A stretch of 63,749 nt of DNA, filler included, from Octopus bimaculoides (GCF_001194135.2; 6 parts of 6 records of this genome joined end to end with filler, not necessarily neighbours in it), one strand, 5' to 3'; counted from the first letter of the whole stretch, positions 36,080 to 50,198 are shown. Program-made: numbers and translations. Notes: generated by a model not told the origin, from the sequence alone.

Positions 36080-36433
36080 TGGAGGCGCAATGGCCCAGTG
36101 GTTAGGGCAGTGGACTCGCGGTCGTTGTAAGTGTTTATTGAGCGAAAACACCTAAAGCTCCACGAGGCTCCGGCAGGGGGATGGTGGCGAACCCTGCTGT
36201 ACTCTTTCACCACAACTTTCTCTCACTCTTACTTCCTGTTTCTGCTGTACCTGTATTTCAAAGGGCCAGCTTTGTCACACTCTGTGTCACGCTGAATTTC
36301 CCCGAGAACTACGTTAAGGGTACACGTGTCTGTGGAGTGCTCAGCCACTTGCACGTTAATTTCACGAGCAGTCTGTTCCGTTAATCGGATCAACTGGAAC
36401 CCTCGTCGTCGTAAGCGACGGAGTGCCACGACA
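36080..36433 (+). mobile_element. SINE family C with an internal deletion of the B-box region
   Basis: Collinear with 40929-41318 but lacks the segment after ggactcgcggtc. Confidence 0.8.
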
Positions 36434-36485
36434 ACGGTGATCGATGGAGCTGATATTGTTCTTGTGTCGTTTTAAAAGGACCAGT

Positions 36486-36820
36486 GAAGGCACATGGCTC
36501 AGTGGTTAGAGCATCGGGCTCACAATTATGAGGTAGTGAGTTCGATTCCCGGACCGGGCTGTGTGTTGTGTTCTTGATCAAGACACTTTATTTCACGTTG
36601 CTCCAGTTCACTCAGTTGTAGAAACGAGTTGTGACGTCACTAGTGCCAAGCTGTATCGGCCCCTTTGCTTTCCCTTGGATATCATCGGTGGCGTGAAAAG
36701 GGAAGGCCTGTAGGCATGGGCGACTGTTGGTCTTCCATAAACAATGTCATTCGGGCTTATGCCTCGGAGGGGAACTTTCTAGGTTCAATCCCATGGTCAT
36801 TCATTACCGAAGGAGGTCTT
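36486..36820 (+). mobile_element. tRNA-derived SINE family D
   Basis: Head tggctcagtggttagagc...gagttcgattccc. The body matches 42043-42300. Confidence 0.8.
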
Positions 36821-37430
36821 TATCCTTTACTCTATGTACATACAATGGCGTGGAGAGGCGAGGTTGGTATGCATGGGCGATTGCTGGTCTCTCATAAAAC
36901 AACCACTGAAAGAAGCCCGTCGTGTATGTATATGTGTGTGTGTGTTTGTATGTGGATGTATGTGTTTGTGTGTGTGTGTGTATTTGTATGTGGATGTATG
37001 TGTTTGTGTGTGTGTATGTGCATGTGTGTGTGTGTGCGTGTGCCTGATTGTTTTTACCACCGCTTGACAACCAATGCTGATGCGTTTATATCTCCGTAAC
37101 ATAGCTGTTCGGCAAAAGGGAACGACAGANNNNNNNNNNNNNNNNNNNNNNNNNNNNNNNNNNNNNNNNNNNNNNNNNNNNNNNNNNNNNNNNNNNNNNN
37201 NNNNNNNNNNNNNNNNNNNNNNNNNNNNNNNNNNNNNNNNNNNNNNNNNNNNNNNNNNNNNNNNNNNNNNNNNNNNNNNNNNNNNNNNNNNNNNNNNNNN
37301 NNNNNNNNNNNNNNNNNNNNNNNNNNNNNNNNNNNNNNNNNNNNNNNNNNNNNNNNNNNNNNNNNNNNNNNNNNNNNNNNNNNNNNNNNNNNNNNNNNNN
37401 NNNNNNNNNNNNNNNNNNNNNNNNNNNNNN

Positions 37431-37500
<70 letters not shown>

Positions 37501-38603
37501 CGCATTAACGGTGTTTTTGTTTTTATGTCCTAGAACTTAACGATGCAACAGACAATGTTCAATAAAATTAATGTACGATCGAAATAAGTCCTGGTGTTAT
37601 TACGATCAATGACGCCATAGCATCGCAACAGTAACTCACTGCAACCAAATAAATGAGAAAATGTTTAATTATACGTTGTACAGAATGTCTGTATTTATCT
37701 GAATTTTGCACCGAATTTCCGTTTTTGCTGATCGGTGCATCATGTGCAATCATGATCATGCACTGAAGTCGTTTGCTCCGAAGTCATGACATCCTGGGCT
37801 TGATGACGCTGGAGGGCATTTTGAAAATTGCCTTGCACTTCAGTGTTAGGTCGACCCAAGGCTTTTAAGTAAACTGAAGTCAAATAGCTGTAGAATTATA
37901 ATTAAAAGGATCCTGGCATATCACACATGATCATATACTTCTGTCTGGGTACTATTTTAAAGTCACATGTCTATGAAATGTTCGGTGAATTACTCATACT
38001 GAAATGAGACAGTTCGTATAATATGTTTGAGCTGTTAACTCTTTGATATTGTCGTAGGAGTATTGTCGTGAAATACAGCGAGTCTTGATGATTTAGAGAT
38101 AGGGAGAGCGATCCTACTTCAGTGCTGTCCTATTCGGCTGTGGTTTCAGACAATTTTTTTACTGGACAGTAAAGATTCTACCTGAGAATTGCGTCACGCA
38201 TACATGTGTCTGTTACATACACAAGTCGCTGACATGCATTTCAAGGTAGGCTATTTATCCTGTTCAAACATCCCAGCCTTGTCACACGGTGTCAGGTTAA
38301 TTCTGTTATATGACTGCATTACAGGTACAATTACCCATGGATATACTCAGCCGCGCACGCCATTATTTAACGTAAAGATAGTTCCTATGGTCAAATAGGT
38401 GAGATAGTCTCCGTCGAAACCGACGAAGGATTTTTTTTTTTTACTTGTATTATAATTATAAGAAGGAATGCTGACAATATCATCTCTTGAAGGGTAGATA
38501 TTGTAAATTGCAGCAACGAGGCTTGTTACCTGTATATAATAGATGTATGCAGGGATTTCTTTTTACGAGTGTGCTTGCGCACGTGTGTAGGGATATATAT
38601 ATA

Positions 38604-38692
<89 letters not shown>

Positions 38693-39856
38693 TTCTGCGT
38701 ATATGTGTGTGTCCCTGTATTTTTTCTTTGCTATTTTTAATCAACTATATCATCGAAAATACTTTCGTTTCGATATGCTGATCAATAAATCGATAAATGC
38801 GCAGATTTACGCATGTATGTGTGTATGTACATGATACGCATGTGTCTATATGTATGTATACGTCTATAGGTACGTGCGCATTTATTCATGTGTATGTATA
38901 TTAGTGTGTGTCTACGTATAAGTATATATGTATATATGTATGTGTAAATGTACATGTATGTGTATATGTATATACGTACGTTTCTATGTATGTATGTATG
39001 TATGTATGCATGTATGTATGGTATACAAATATGGAGTCTCATTCAGATTGGCTGAAAAATAAATGAAATAAACTGATGAAAAAATATCCAAGAAATCGTT
39101 TCTTCTTTTCATGGTGTCAATTCCAGAAATATTCTTCCACGACGACCATATTCTATCAGAAGATTGTGAAGAGGGGGAAAAATAGGAAAAGGAATCAATG
39201 ATGCAATGAAAGAAAACACCAATTCCACATTCCCCTGCGCCGACCACAAAAAAAGACAACAAACAATCAAACAAGTAAAATACAAAAAAAAAAATACAAA
39301 AAAACAAACAACTCAATATTGAATGAATGAAAGAATGATGTAGAGAATGAAAGAATTAATGAATAAATGAATGAAAGGATAAAGGAATAGCATATAATGA
39401 TTGAGCACTACGAGGCACGATACACATATTACGTAAATTAAAGTAAACGGATCTCCGTCGGTTTCGAGATTGAGCATAATGTTGTTTGATCACTTGATCT
39501 ACCTGTTAATTCAATTAAGGTGCGTGAGATTGAATATTCTTCCCCAAACTTGACCGTACTTTTAAAGAAAATCTTGGTCAAATCAGCGTGACGTAGAGTA
39601 ACAAAAAAAAAAACTGGACATTTCCAATTATNNNNNNNNNNNNNNNNNNNNNNNNNNNNNNNNNNNNNNNNNNNNNNNNNNNNNNNNNNNNNNNNNNNNN
39701 NNNNNNNNNNNNNNNNNNNNNNNNNNNNNNNNNNNNNNNNNNNNNNNNNNNNNNNNNNNNNNNNNNNNNNNNNNNNNNNNNNNNNNNNNNNNNNNNNNCC
39801 ATGTTTTAGTCGAAGAAATCGACCTCAGAACTTCTTATTATTATTATTATTATTAT

Positions 39857-40240
39857 TGTTAGCTTGCTTACCAACCACATGGTTCCGGGTTCAGTTCCAC
39901 TGCGTGGCACCTTGGGCAAGTGTCTTCTCCTATAGCCTCGGGCCGACCGAAGTCTTGTGAATGGATTTGGTAGACGGAAACTGAAAGAAGCCCGTCGTAT
40001 ATATGTATATGTATGTGTGTGTGTGTGTGTGTGTCTGTGTTTGTCCCCCCACCCCAATATCGCTTGACAACCGATGCTGGTGTGTTCACGTCCCCGCAAC
40101 TTAGCGGTTCGGCAAAAGATACCGATAGAATAAGTACTAGGGTTACAAAGAATAAGTCCCGGGGTCGATTTGCTCGACTAAAGGCGGTGCTCCAGCATGG
40201 CCACAGTCAAAATGACTGAAACAAGTAAAAGAGTAAAAGA
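39857..40240 (+). mobile_element. SINE family A, CpG-intact
   Basis: Nearly complete copy retaining almost all CpGs. Confidence 0.85.
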
Positions 40241-40639
40241 GTTAGCGAGTAATCATTTAATGAAACTATGCTTAGGAAACGTAAATCATATTTTAATTTT
40301 GTCCTAATTACTAATGTCACTAAACCATTTGCGAATGTACACGTTTTCGTAAGTATATTGTAACGTCTATATTAATATAGTTGCAATTATAATTAATATA
40401 AATCATAGTTATATTACCCAATATCGTCTGATTAATTGTTGGCTTGATTAGTGTTACTCTTATATTATATTATAAAGACGATATTAATAAGACCAATAAT
40501 AAGGAAAATATAGGATAATTTGTTGAGATCTATGTATATTAATGTGTGTTCGTATTAATAGATCACGTTGAGTCAAAGGTTCTTTTTTTTTTTCTTATTT
40601 CAAGCTTTAATTAATAATTCTTTCTACTAAAGACACCAG

Positions 40640-40815
40640 GCCTGAAAATTTGGGGCAAGGACAAGTTGATAACATCAGCCCTAGTACTCAACTGGTACTT
40701 GACTTATCGACCCTGAAAGGATGAAAGGTATAGTCAACCTTTTGAACTCAGAACGTAAAGACGGACGAAATACCGCTAAGCATCTTGCCCAGCTAATGAT
40801 TCTACTAGGTCGCTG
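40640..40815 (-). mobile_element. SINE family B, degenerate
   Basis: ctggtactt...tcgaccctgaaaggatgaaagg...tttgaactcagaacgtaaagacggacgaaataccgctaagcat. Confidence 0.7.
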
Positions 40816-40928
40816 TCTTAAAGCTTTAATTAATCATTTAAACAAATTACTTACGAATAAACGTTTATTTATCAAAAGATATCCCATCATATTTAGTGTC
40901 TGCTGTCACCATACTATATTATACAGAG

Positions 40929-41318
40929 TGGAGGCGCAATGGCCCAGTGGTTAGAGCAGCGGACTCGCGGTCATAGGATTGCGGTTTTGATTCACAGACC
41001 GGGTGTTGTGAGTGCTTATTGAGCGAAAACACCTAAAGCTCCACGAGGCTCCGGCAGGGGATGGTGGCGAACCCTGTTGTACTCTTTCACCACAACTTTC
41101 TCTCACTCTCATTTCCTGTTTCTGTTGTGCCTGTAATTCAAACGGTCAGCCTTGTCACACTGTGTCACGCTGAATATCCCCCCGAGAACTACGTTAAGGG
41201 TACACGTGTCTGTGGAGTGCTAAGCCACTTGCACGTTAATTTCACGAGCAGGCTGTTCTGTTGATCGGATCAACTGGAACCCTCGACGTTGTAAGCGACG
41301 GAGTGTCAACAACAACAA
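40929..41318 (+). mobile_element. SINE family C, full length with (CAA)n tail
   Basis: tRNA-like head, body shared with 29893 and 36080, ending gtaagcgacggagtgtcaacaacaac. Confidence 0.85.
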
Positions 41319-41325
41319 TATTATA

Positions 41326-41448
41326 CAGAGTGTCCACAAAGTCTGGGTACATGGAGTAAATAAAATCATAACATAATTAAATATAAGAAATAATAATTTC
41401 TTAAAGTATGTGGCAATCCCCATGTACCCAGACTTTGTGGACACCCTT
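41326..41448. mobile_element. Tc1/mariner-type MITE
   Basis: TIRs cagagtgtccacaaagtctgggtacatgg / ccatgtacccagactttgtggacaccctt with TA on both sides. The interior is the reverse complement of 2554-2680. Confidence 0.85.
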
Positions 41449-41894
41449 TATAATAACTCGGCAAATTTCGCGTTGGAACACCGGATTATCTCACAGTATT
41501 TGTTCTCAATCTCAGCGTTTTGAGTTCAAGTCTGATCAGGGCTGATGTAGATGGTATTCTTAATCCGTAAGACGCATTGGTTGTCTTTAACGGACTCACA
41601 TTCTACCAGTCTGGACGTTAAGGATGCATTCCCTCTTCCTCCCCCACTAGTTCCCAGGGCCATGTAATAGGGGTCATGGGTACCCACCTTCCGTTTTCAT
41701 TTATAAATGAAAGCAAAGCCAAATAGATTCTCGCGTGCCCTCTTTGCCATAGAACTAAGATAGACTTATTCACATCTGTCAAATACTATAAACAATAGGA
41801 ATGAAACTTCATGCATTGAACACATTAACGGCATTATAAGTATATACGTGTGTGCTTGTATGTATTTATGCATGAATGAATATATGTATAGTTG

Positions 41895-41942
<48 letters not shown>

Positions 41943-42042
41943 NNNNNNNNNNNNNNNNNNNNNNNNNNNNNNNNNNNNNNNNNNNNTTAATTAATTAANN
42001 NNNNNNNNNNNNNNNNNNNNNNNNNNNNNNNNNNNNNNNNNN

Positions 42043-42300
42043 CGTGCTGTGTTTTTGAACAAGTCACTTTATTTCACGTTGCTCTAGTTCACTCAGCTGT
42101 AGAAATGAGTTGCGACATCACTGGTGCCAAGCTGTATCAGCCTTTGCCTTTTCCTTGGATAACACTGGTGGCGTGTAGAGGGGAGGCTGGTATGCATGGG
42201 TGACTGCTGGTCTTCCATAAACAACCTTGCTCGGATTTGTGCCTGGGAGGGTAACTTTCTAGGTGCAATCCTATGGTCAGTCATGACCGAAAGGGGTCTC
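42043..42300 (+). mobile_element. SINE family D, body
   Basis: Collinear with 36560-36820. Confidence 0.75.
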
Positions 42301-45300
42301 AGCATATATATATATATATATATATATATACAGGTTGAGTTAGAAGTTAAAATAACGATCTAAGGAATAGAAGTATCCATTACACCACCGCTATATTACG
42401 TATAACTAGCCATGGGCAAACATATGCAAATATATTATGTTCATAAGTTATAGGCAAAGACTAGGATAAACATGAGTTTATCAAGAATTGAAATTTAAAG
42501 AAAACAGAAAATGGAGAAGTACTGATGAACAAATTGTTCTGTTTTCTTTATATTTCCTCTCTCCCTCTCTCCCTGATGATGACGATGATGATGATGATGA
42601 TGATGATAGTGGTGATAATACGACGACGAATACGATAATGATGATGATGATGATGATGATGAGGAGGAGGAGGAGGAGGAAGAGGAGGAAGGTGATGATG
42701 AACGATGATGATTATAACTTGTAGTTTCAACCCAGATGGGAATCTTCGGATAGAGGGATTTTTTTTCAAATGAGAGTTTTTCATTTTTTTTTGTAATGTA
42801 ATTGGTGTTGTTTTGTTGCAGGTGAATATACTCATTTTATTTGTTTTTATTTGTTTTTATTGGAAGGCTCTGGTTCTGTCTGGGTAACTTGGGGATAAGT
42901 GTCCGCGCAGGAAGGAAGATCGATTAGGTATATAAAGATAAGTGGTCTACTCCGTGATTAAAAAAAAAAAAGAAGATTCATAAATTAATTAGTCATTCAG
43001 TAGGATAGTGTGTGAAAGTGTATAGTGGTTCCGTAATTGCACAAGCATGAATGTTTTGGAGAATGAAGTTAACTGAAGCGTGAATATTCTTATAAATATA
43101 CATCAGGTTAGAGGTTTAATATTTGAAGAATTTTCTGGATAGAGACAATGGCATTGTCGATAAATAGGATTTGATGCTTTGCAGTAAATTGACTTATTGG
43201 AGGAATGTGTATGAGTCTTTGTGTGCGTGCGTGTGCGTACGTATGTATGAAGTTCAGGGGTGATGTTAGACGGACAGGTGCATATGCGTATATATACAAG
43301 TAGATATGTGTACACATATATGCAAATATTACGACTGTATATATGTATGTTTGGATGTGTGTGTGGGGGGGTTGGGGGGTTGGGGTGTGTATGCATTGAT
43401 CTTGAGTTAGTGCTTTCAAAATAAATTAATACGCCAGATAACATAGACTGGATAAAGGAATCAATAGAAATGTAGAATCTCAAAACTTTTCAGACCAATA
43501 TAGAGATTGATAGGGACTTCGAAGTTCAGACGTCAATGTCACTCGAATACACACACACATGCTCACGCACACTAACAGAGACATACACTCACACAAACAG
43601 AGACATACACAGACACTCACACACAAATTCACACACATATTAAAATATACATTGAAACACATAAATAAATAAATACATATATATATATATATATANNNNN
43701 NNNNNNNNNNNNNNNNNNNNNNNNNNNNNNNNNNNNNNNNNNNNNNNNNNNNNNNNNNNNNNNNNNNNNNNNNNNNNNNNNNNNNNNNNNNNNNNNNNNN
43801 NNNNNNNNNNNNNNNNNNNNNNNNNNNNNNNNNNNNNNNNNNNNNNNNNNNNNNNNNNNNNNNNNNNNNNNNNNNNNNNNNNNNNNNNNNNNNNNNNNNN
43901 NNNNNNNNNNNNNNNNNNNNNNNNNNNNNNNNNNNNNNNNNNNNNNNNNNNNNNNNNNNNNNNNNNNNNNNNNNNNNNNNNNNNNNNNNNNNNNNNNNNN
44001 NNNNNNNNNNNNNNNNNNNNNNNNNNNNNNNNNNNNNNNNNNNNNNNNNNNNNNNNNNNNNNNNNNNNNNNNNNNNNNNNNNNNNNNNNNNNNNNNNNNN
44101 NNNNNNNNNNNNNNNNNNNNNNNNNNNNNNNNNNNNNNNNNNNNNNNNNNNNNNNNNNNNNNNNNNNNNNNNNNNNNNNNNNNNNNNNNNNNNNNNNNNN
44201 NNNNNNNNNNNNNNNNNNNNNNNNNNNNNNNNNNNNNNNNNNNNNNNNNNNNNNNNNNNNNNNNNNNNNNNNNNNNNNNNNNNNNNNNNNNNNNNNNNNN
44301 NNNNNNNNNNNNNNNNNNNNNNNNNNNNNNNNNNNNNNNNNNNNNNNNNNNNNNNNNNNNNNNNNNNNNNNNNNNNNNNNNNATATATATACATACACGT
44401 AAATACATACATATATATATAGATATATAGATATACATTTATATATGTATGTATATATACATGCATACATATACATAAATATATGAATATATGTAAATAT
44501 TTGTATGTGTATATAAGTGTGTAATTAAGTAAGTAAGCTGTCATGTAGATATGTATATGTGGATATATGTGCAAAATAAGTACTGATCGAATTAGCGTGA
44601 GCAACACATCTTTAGAGGTGACTTTATCTAAATCGAATAGAAGCTGAAATATGATGAGCGTCTGATAAAAGCAAAGATATGGGTGACAACTCCAAACCAT
44701 AAAGAAAACGGTCTTTTCTTAATTTTTAATTATTGAATTTTCAACAAAGTATCTGTCTCCCCCATTTTAAGAGACAGTAGGTATACCACTTCTGGTTATA
44801 CTCCCAATCTATAGCACATGTGTTACTGCGTGTAGCTTTAAGAAACACATTCATTTACATGTAATGGATCGTTACGGCAGCGAAAGAGATTTTCATTATT
44901 CAACTATTTTATGCTATTTTCATTTCTTTACATTTTATATGGGGCATAGTTCTATTATATGAATTTGTGCTCCATCCCTGGAAGGTCCCACAGCGAACAT
45001 GCTCTTCTGTGAGATGTTGAAAATTTCTCTTTTAGCTCTTCCATATTTCTGATTTCTAATACCACCGAAGTTGAATTTTCCTTCCATCCTTTCCAGGTCG
45101 ATAAAAGTACCAGTCATGTACTGGAGTCGTTTCAATCGATTTCTTGCTCTCTACAAAGTTGCTTACCTTGCACCAAAGAATAACACAGGATATAGCGATA
45201 ATTCAAGCCAAGGGAAGCTGTTGGATTCATTCATTAAACATAGCCATAAATTTCTCTTCATTATTTATTATTTACTTTTTATTTTGGTTTGTATTTTATT

Positions 45301-45334
45301 ATGATTTTGTACATGTAAGGTTTATATCATATAT

Positions 45335-45546
45335 ACTCTTTACTCTTTTACTCTTTTACTTGTTTCAGTCATTTGACTGCGGCCATGCTGGAGCACCGCC
45401 TTTAGTCGAGCAAACCGACCCCGGGACTTATTCCTTGTAAGCCTAGTAATTATTCTATCGGTTCTTTGGTCAAACCGCTAGGTTACGAGGACGTAAACAC
45501 ACCAGCATCGGTTGTCAAGCGATGTTGGGGGACAAACACAGACACA

Positions 45547-45610
<64 letters not shown>

Positions 45611-45755
45611 CGACGGGCGTCTCAGTTTCCGTCTACCAAATCCACTCAAAAGGTTTTGGTCGGCCTATAGTAGAAGATGCTTGCCCAAGGTGCCACGCAG
45701 TGGGACTGAACTAGGAACCATGTGGTTCATAAGCAAACTACTTACCATACAGCCA
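45335..45755 (-). mobile_element. SINE family A, full length
   Basis: Complete copy with an internal (CA)n and CpGs largely retained. Confidence 0.85.
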
Positions 45756-46711
45756 TTATTCTTTAAAAAAGAATATCATTGAGAGTGACTTCGAAGTTTC
45801 GACTAGATAAACCAGGGACCTTCCGTCCGTTTTTACGTTCTGAGTTCAAAAGCTGCCGAGGTTGACTTTGTCTTTGATCCTTTCGGGGTCGATAAAATAA
45901 GTACCAGTTGAGCAGTGGGGGTCACTCTTATCAGCCTACCCACTCGCCTCAAATTTCTGGCCTTGTGCCAAAATTTGAAGTCAAATTTGAAGAGATATGT
46001 CTGATGCAAATCCCCCTCCTTTGTTCAACTTTGCCTTTTAATTCTCTGAGGTTAATAAAATAAGATGCAAGTTACGGTTTCGATATAATCAGTTATATCG
46101 CCCCCACTACACTTCAAAATGGCGACATTGTACCGAGTTAAAAGTTAATATTTTGTAAAACCATATTTCATGCTCTGCAGACATTCATTTTTTAATGTGT
46201 TACCTTTGTATATTTTAAGTGTGTTATCTCTCTGTATTTCAGATAGTTTAATGTACAAACTCACGCGTACGCACGCACAAAACACAAGCACACAAAATCG
46301 CACACAAACACACATTCAACTTCGCATTAACATTAAAGACAATAAAGGTTATCTCATTTCATAAAATATTAAACTATCACATAAAATACAATCACTGTTA
46401 AAAATATTAGAGATTTTCTTTTATTAAATGGTTTTAAAATATCGATAGCTTCATAGCGTGACAACATTTTTACTCTTTCCAGTAGAGGCACAAAATTGTT
46501 TAGTCATATTATATATGATACTGCTCTGATTGTTTAAAATCAATAAGACAACCGTTCCCACTTATGTAACCAATATCAAAATGAGTAGCGCAGTCAAAAG
46601 TCAGACTATATCCGTATGAAACAACACAGACGACTAAATCTCTTTCTTTTTCTTTATTTACGTACATTCATTCATGCATACACACACATCGATCCAAAAT
46701 GCCTTTGAATG

Positions 46712-47476
46712 TCGTATCATATCCTTTCGGCAACACTTTTTAAAAGAAACAGACGCCTCGAAGTGTGCTCCTTTTTGCTTTCTCGACTGGAAAAAGACCA
46801 TTTTTGCATGAAATCATTACTTGTGATGAGAAATGGTACTATTTGACAACAACAGGAGAACAGAACAGCGATCAGATACAGGGGAGTCGAATAAACACTA
46901 CCCAAACCCACCATTGCACCCGAAAAAGCTAGTGGTCACTGTATGGTGGTTTACGAAGGTAGTTATTCATTATTCATTTTTTGGCAACAAGGAAAAACGG
47001 TAACAGCAACATCGTATTATCAGGAAATTGATTGTATGCATGAGAATTTGAATAAGAGCGACCCAGACTAGTGAATAGAGATTGCCCTGTTTTGCTCCAT
47101 GACAATGCATGTCCTCACACTCCTCATGCTACGGCCCAAAAGTTGCCAAGTCTGAATTATGAGATTTTGCAACATCCTCCCTATTCCCCTGACATCTCCC
47201 CTACTGATCATCACTTATTTAAGCATTTTGAGCTTTTCATAAGCAACAGAACGTTCTTAAATAGAGAAGAGGTAATTGAAGCATTCGGACAGTTTATCGC
47301 AGCAAAAGATGAATGATTTTTTCTAAAGATGTAATATATGACATAGAGAAGCGTTGCTTAAACGTCATAAATGAACATGGATCATACTTTGATTAAATAA
47401 GTCAGTTCTCTAACACTTCTGAAACATTTTATTGTTACCTCCTTTCAAATACGACATTTCATGTGAAACAATCTAA
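46712..47476 (+). mobile_element. Decayed mariner (DD34D) transposon, 3' two-thirds
   Basis: Fragments FLHEIITCDEKW, LHPKKLVVTVWW and LLHDNACPH...HPPYSPDISPTDHHLF, with 34 residues between the 2nd and 3rd Asp. Right end caatctaa followed by TA. Frameshifted; no left TIR found. Confidence 0.9.
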
Positions 47477-47579
47477 TATATGAGAATACCTTGACATACA
47501 AGTATATGCATGAGAAGACATACATAAAACAAAGCCCACAAATCTGCACATATACATACATACATACAAATATACCCTG

Positions 47580-48030
47580 TTGTTGAAATTCCGATAAAGG
47601 AGCCTTGGATTGAGGGTAGAAATAAGATCTTTCTTTATTGGCAAGACATCTTGGAATGAAACTGAATAATGACATACTGGGATATGTAACGAACTGCCTC
47701 AACAAAAACGTGGAAAAATTAGGCTTCTCAAAACCTGAAAGAAAAAGGCTGATTAGAAGACTACAGATTCAAGCCATCAATGGAACTGTAAAGATATGTA
47801 AAACTTTCCAAAAATTTAGCACATAAATACATATGCATGCATCTAAAACGCATCCATAAAACAAACATACAAATCTGCGCATTCACTAACACCAAATACT
47901 GCACACACACACATATGCACAAATACCTAGATGATGTTGATAAAAGTTCCAATGAAGGAGCCTTGAATCTATGTTAGAGTCCGGCTCTTTCTCTATGGAC
48001 AAGAAATACAGAAATGAAACTGATTGATAA
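47580..48030 (+). mobile_element. Tandem 3' ends of a non-LTR retrotransposon, probably RLE-type, ending in (ATAC)n
   Basis: A tail copy at 47580-47676 is followed by GYVTNCLNKNVEKLGFSKPERKRLIRRLQIQAINGTVKICKTFQKF-stop. The C-terminal LQ...GT..I pattern resembles the ends of R2/R4/NeSL-type ORFs. The same tail recurs at 47935-48030. Confidence 0.55.
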
Positions 48031-48272
48031 CATACATACATACATACATACATACATACTTACATACATAGATACATACGCGAATACATACACACATACA
48101 TACATACACACACATACATACATACTTGCATACACACATACGCACATACACAGATACATAGATATATACATACATACATATATACATACATATACATACA
48201 TACATACATACACACGTACATACATACATACATACACACATACATACATGCATACACACATACATACATACA

Positions 48273-48304
<32 letters not shown>

Positions 48305-48305
48305 A
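48030..48305. repeat. Imperfect (ATAC)n microsatellite
   Basis: Direct reading. Confidence 0.9.
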
Positions 48306-48482
48306 ACATGCAGGCATTCAAACTCATATGTAAATACCGAAATAATAGGTGCGTGATTCGGAAGTGAGGATGGTTTGTTAGTATATATAATTAATTTATA
48401 AGTCTACGCAGTCGCCAGTAGACTAAGACAGCTTAAGGGCCCTCACCACCGGTGGCTCAGCGAAACATACACAATATAAGCA

Positions 48483-48880
48483 CAGGAGTGGCTGTGTGGT
48501 AAGTAGCTTGCTTACCAACCATATGGTTCCGGGTTCAGTCCCACTACGTGGCACCTTGGGCAAGTGTCTTCTACTATAGCCTCGGGCCGACCAAAGCCTT
48601 GTGAGTGGATTTGGTAGACGGAAACTGAAAGAAGCCCGTCGTATATATGTATATATATGTATATGTTGTGTATCTGTGTTTGTTCCCCCAACATCGCTTG
48701 ACAACTGATGCTGGTGTGCTTAAGTCCCCGTAACTTAGCGATTCGGCAAAAAAGACCGATAGAATAAGTACTAGGTTTACAAAGAATAAGTCCCGAGGTC
48801 GATTTGATTCGACTAAAGGCGGTGCTCCAGCATGGCCGCAGTCAAATGACTGAAACAAGTAAAAGAATGAAAGAATAAAT
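48483..48880 (+). mobile_element. SINE family A, full length
   Basis: Head caggagtggctgtgtggtaag through tail gactgaaacaagtaaaaga, CpG-rich. Confidence 0.85.
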
Positions 48881-48896
48881 ATGGTAGCTGAAAGGC

Positions 48897-48942
<46 letters not shown>

Positions 48943-49180
48943 GCGGATGGCACTCATATCAGCTTAGTAGACTGGTGCAAGGTGAAATAAAACGCTTTGC
49001 TCCAGGATACCACGCAGTATCCTGGCTCGAAAGCAAACCTAAGAACTTACTTTTGAGTGTTCAACACTAATCGCCCCACATCTTCACTCATTCATCCGTC
49101 CATCCAACCATCCATCCATCCATACATACATACATACGTACATACACGCACACATACCGAGAGCGAGAGCGAGAGAGAGA

Positions 49181-49222
<42 letters not shown>

Positions 49223-49694
49223 GAGAGAGAAAGGAGCAGACAACAGAGAGAGTGAGATAAATAGATAAAATAATACAGAGATGGACACACACATATGTAT
49301 GTGTGTATATATAAGCTTTAGATCATATTTTTAAAGGAAATCCAATTTTTTTCACTACCAAATCGAACGAGTATTCAAAATAGTATGTAACAAACTGGAG
49401 TGAGTACGCTGACAGAAAAGAGTTCATACAAAAANNNNNNNNNNNNNNNNNNNNNNNNNNNNNNNNNNNNNNNNNNNNTTAATTAATTAANNNNNNNNNN
49501 NNNNNNNNNNNNNNNNNNNNNNNNNNNNNNNNNNATTTGACTCTGCCCCCCCTCCCTCATTAAATACTCAAGCTTTTTCGCGCCTACTCCCCAACATCAT
49601 TCTTCGTCTCTTAAAACGTGTTATTCCGATTCGTTTTTCTTCCTCTTCACATAGTTTGATTCTCCTTCTCTTTCTCCTTTAGTCTCACACCTTT

Positions 49695-49746
<52 letters not shown>

Positions 49747-50148
49747 CACTCATTTATCTCTCTCTCTCTCTTTCTTTCTCGCTCTCTCTCTCACTCACTG
49801 AATCTCCATACCCTTCAAATCATTCATTCTCACTCTGAAAATTTTGTCTCTTAAACATTAAATTTCTGAAACATTCCGCCTTTCTATTCTAACTTCTCTA
49901 TCTATCTATCTCTTTCTTCCTCTCCCTTTCTATTTCTTCCTCCCCCGTCTCTCTCCACCTCACACTCTTTCCTATCGCTCCTCTCCCCCTCTCTCCCTCT
50001 CTCCTTTTTTCCCTGTTTCTTCTATAATCTTTCTCTGTCGCTCACTTCATCGCCTTTCATTCCTTCTTTTCTCATTGCTGTCCTTTGCTGTCTATTTCAC
50101 TTCACTTTCCGTCTGTTTCTTTTTCATACTTTAGCTATATACCTGTTT

Positions 50149-50198
<50 letters not shown>

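Noticed and set aside
42565-42720. Poly-D/M/R ORF
   Set aside because: It is a (GAT)n/(GAG)n microsatellite.
44570-44660. Minus-strand acceptor with frame TLIIFQLLFDLDKVTSKDVLLTLIRS
   Set aside because: There is no convincing donor or recognisable homology, so it is not supportable without expression data.
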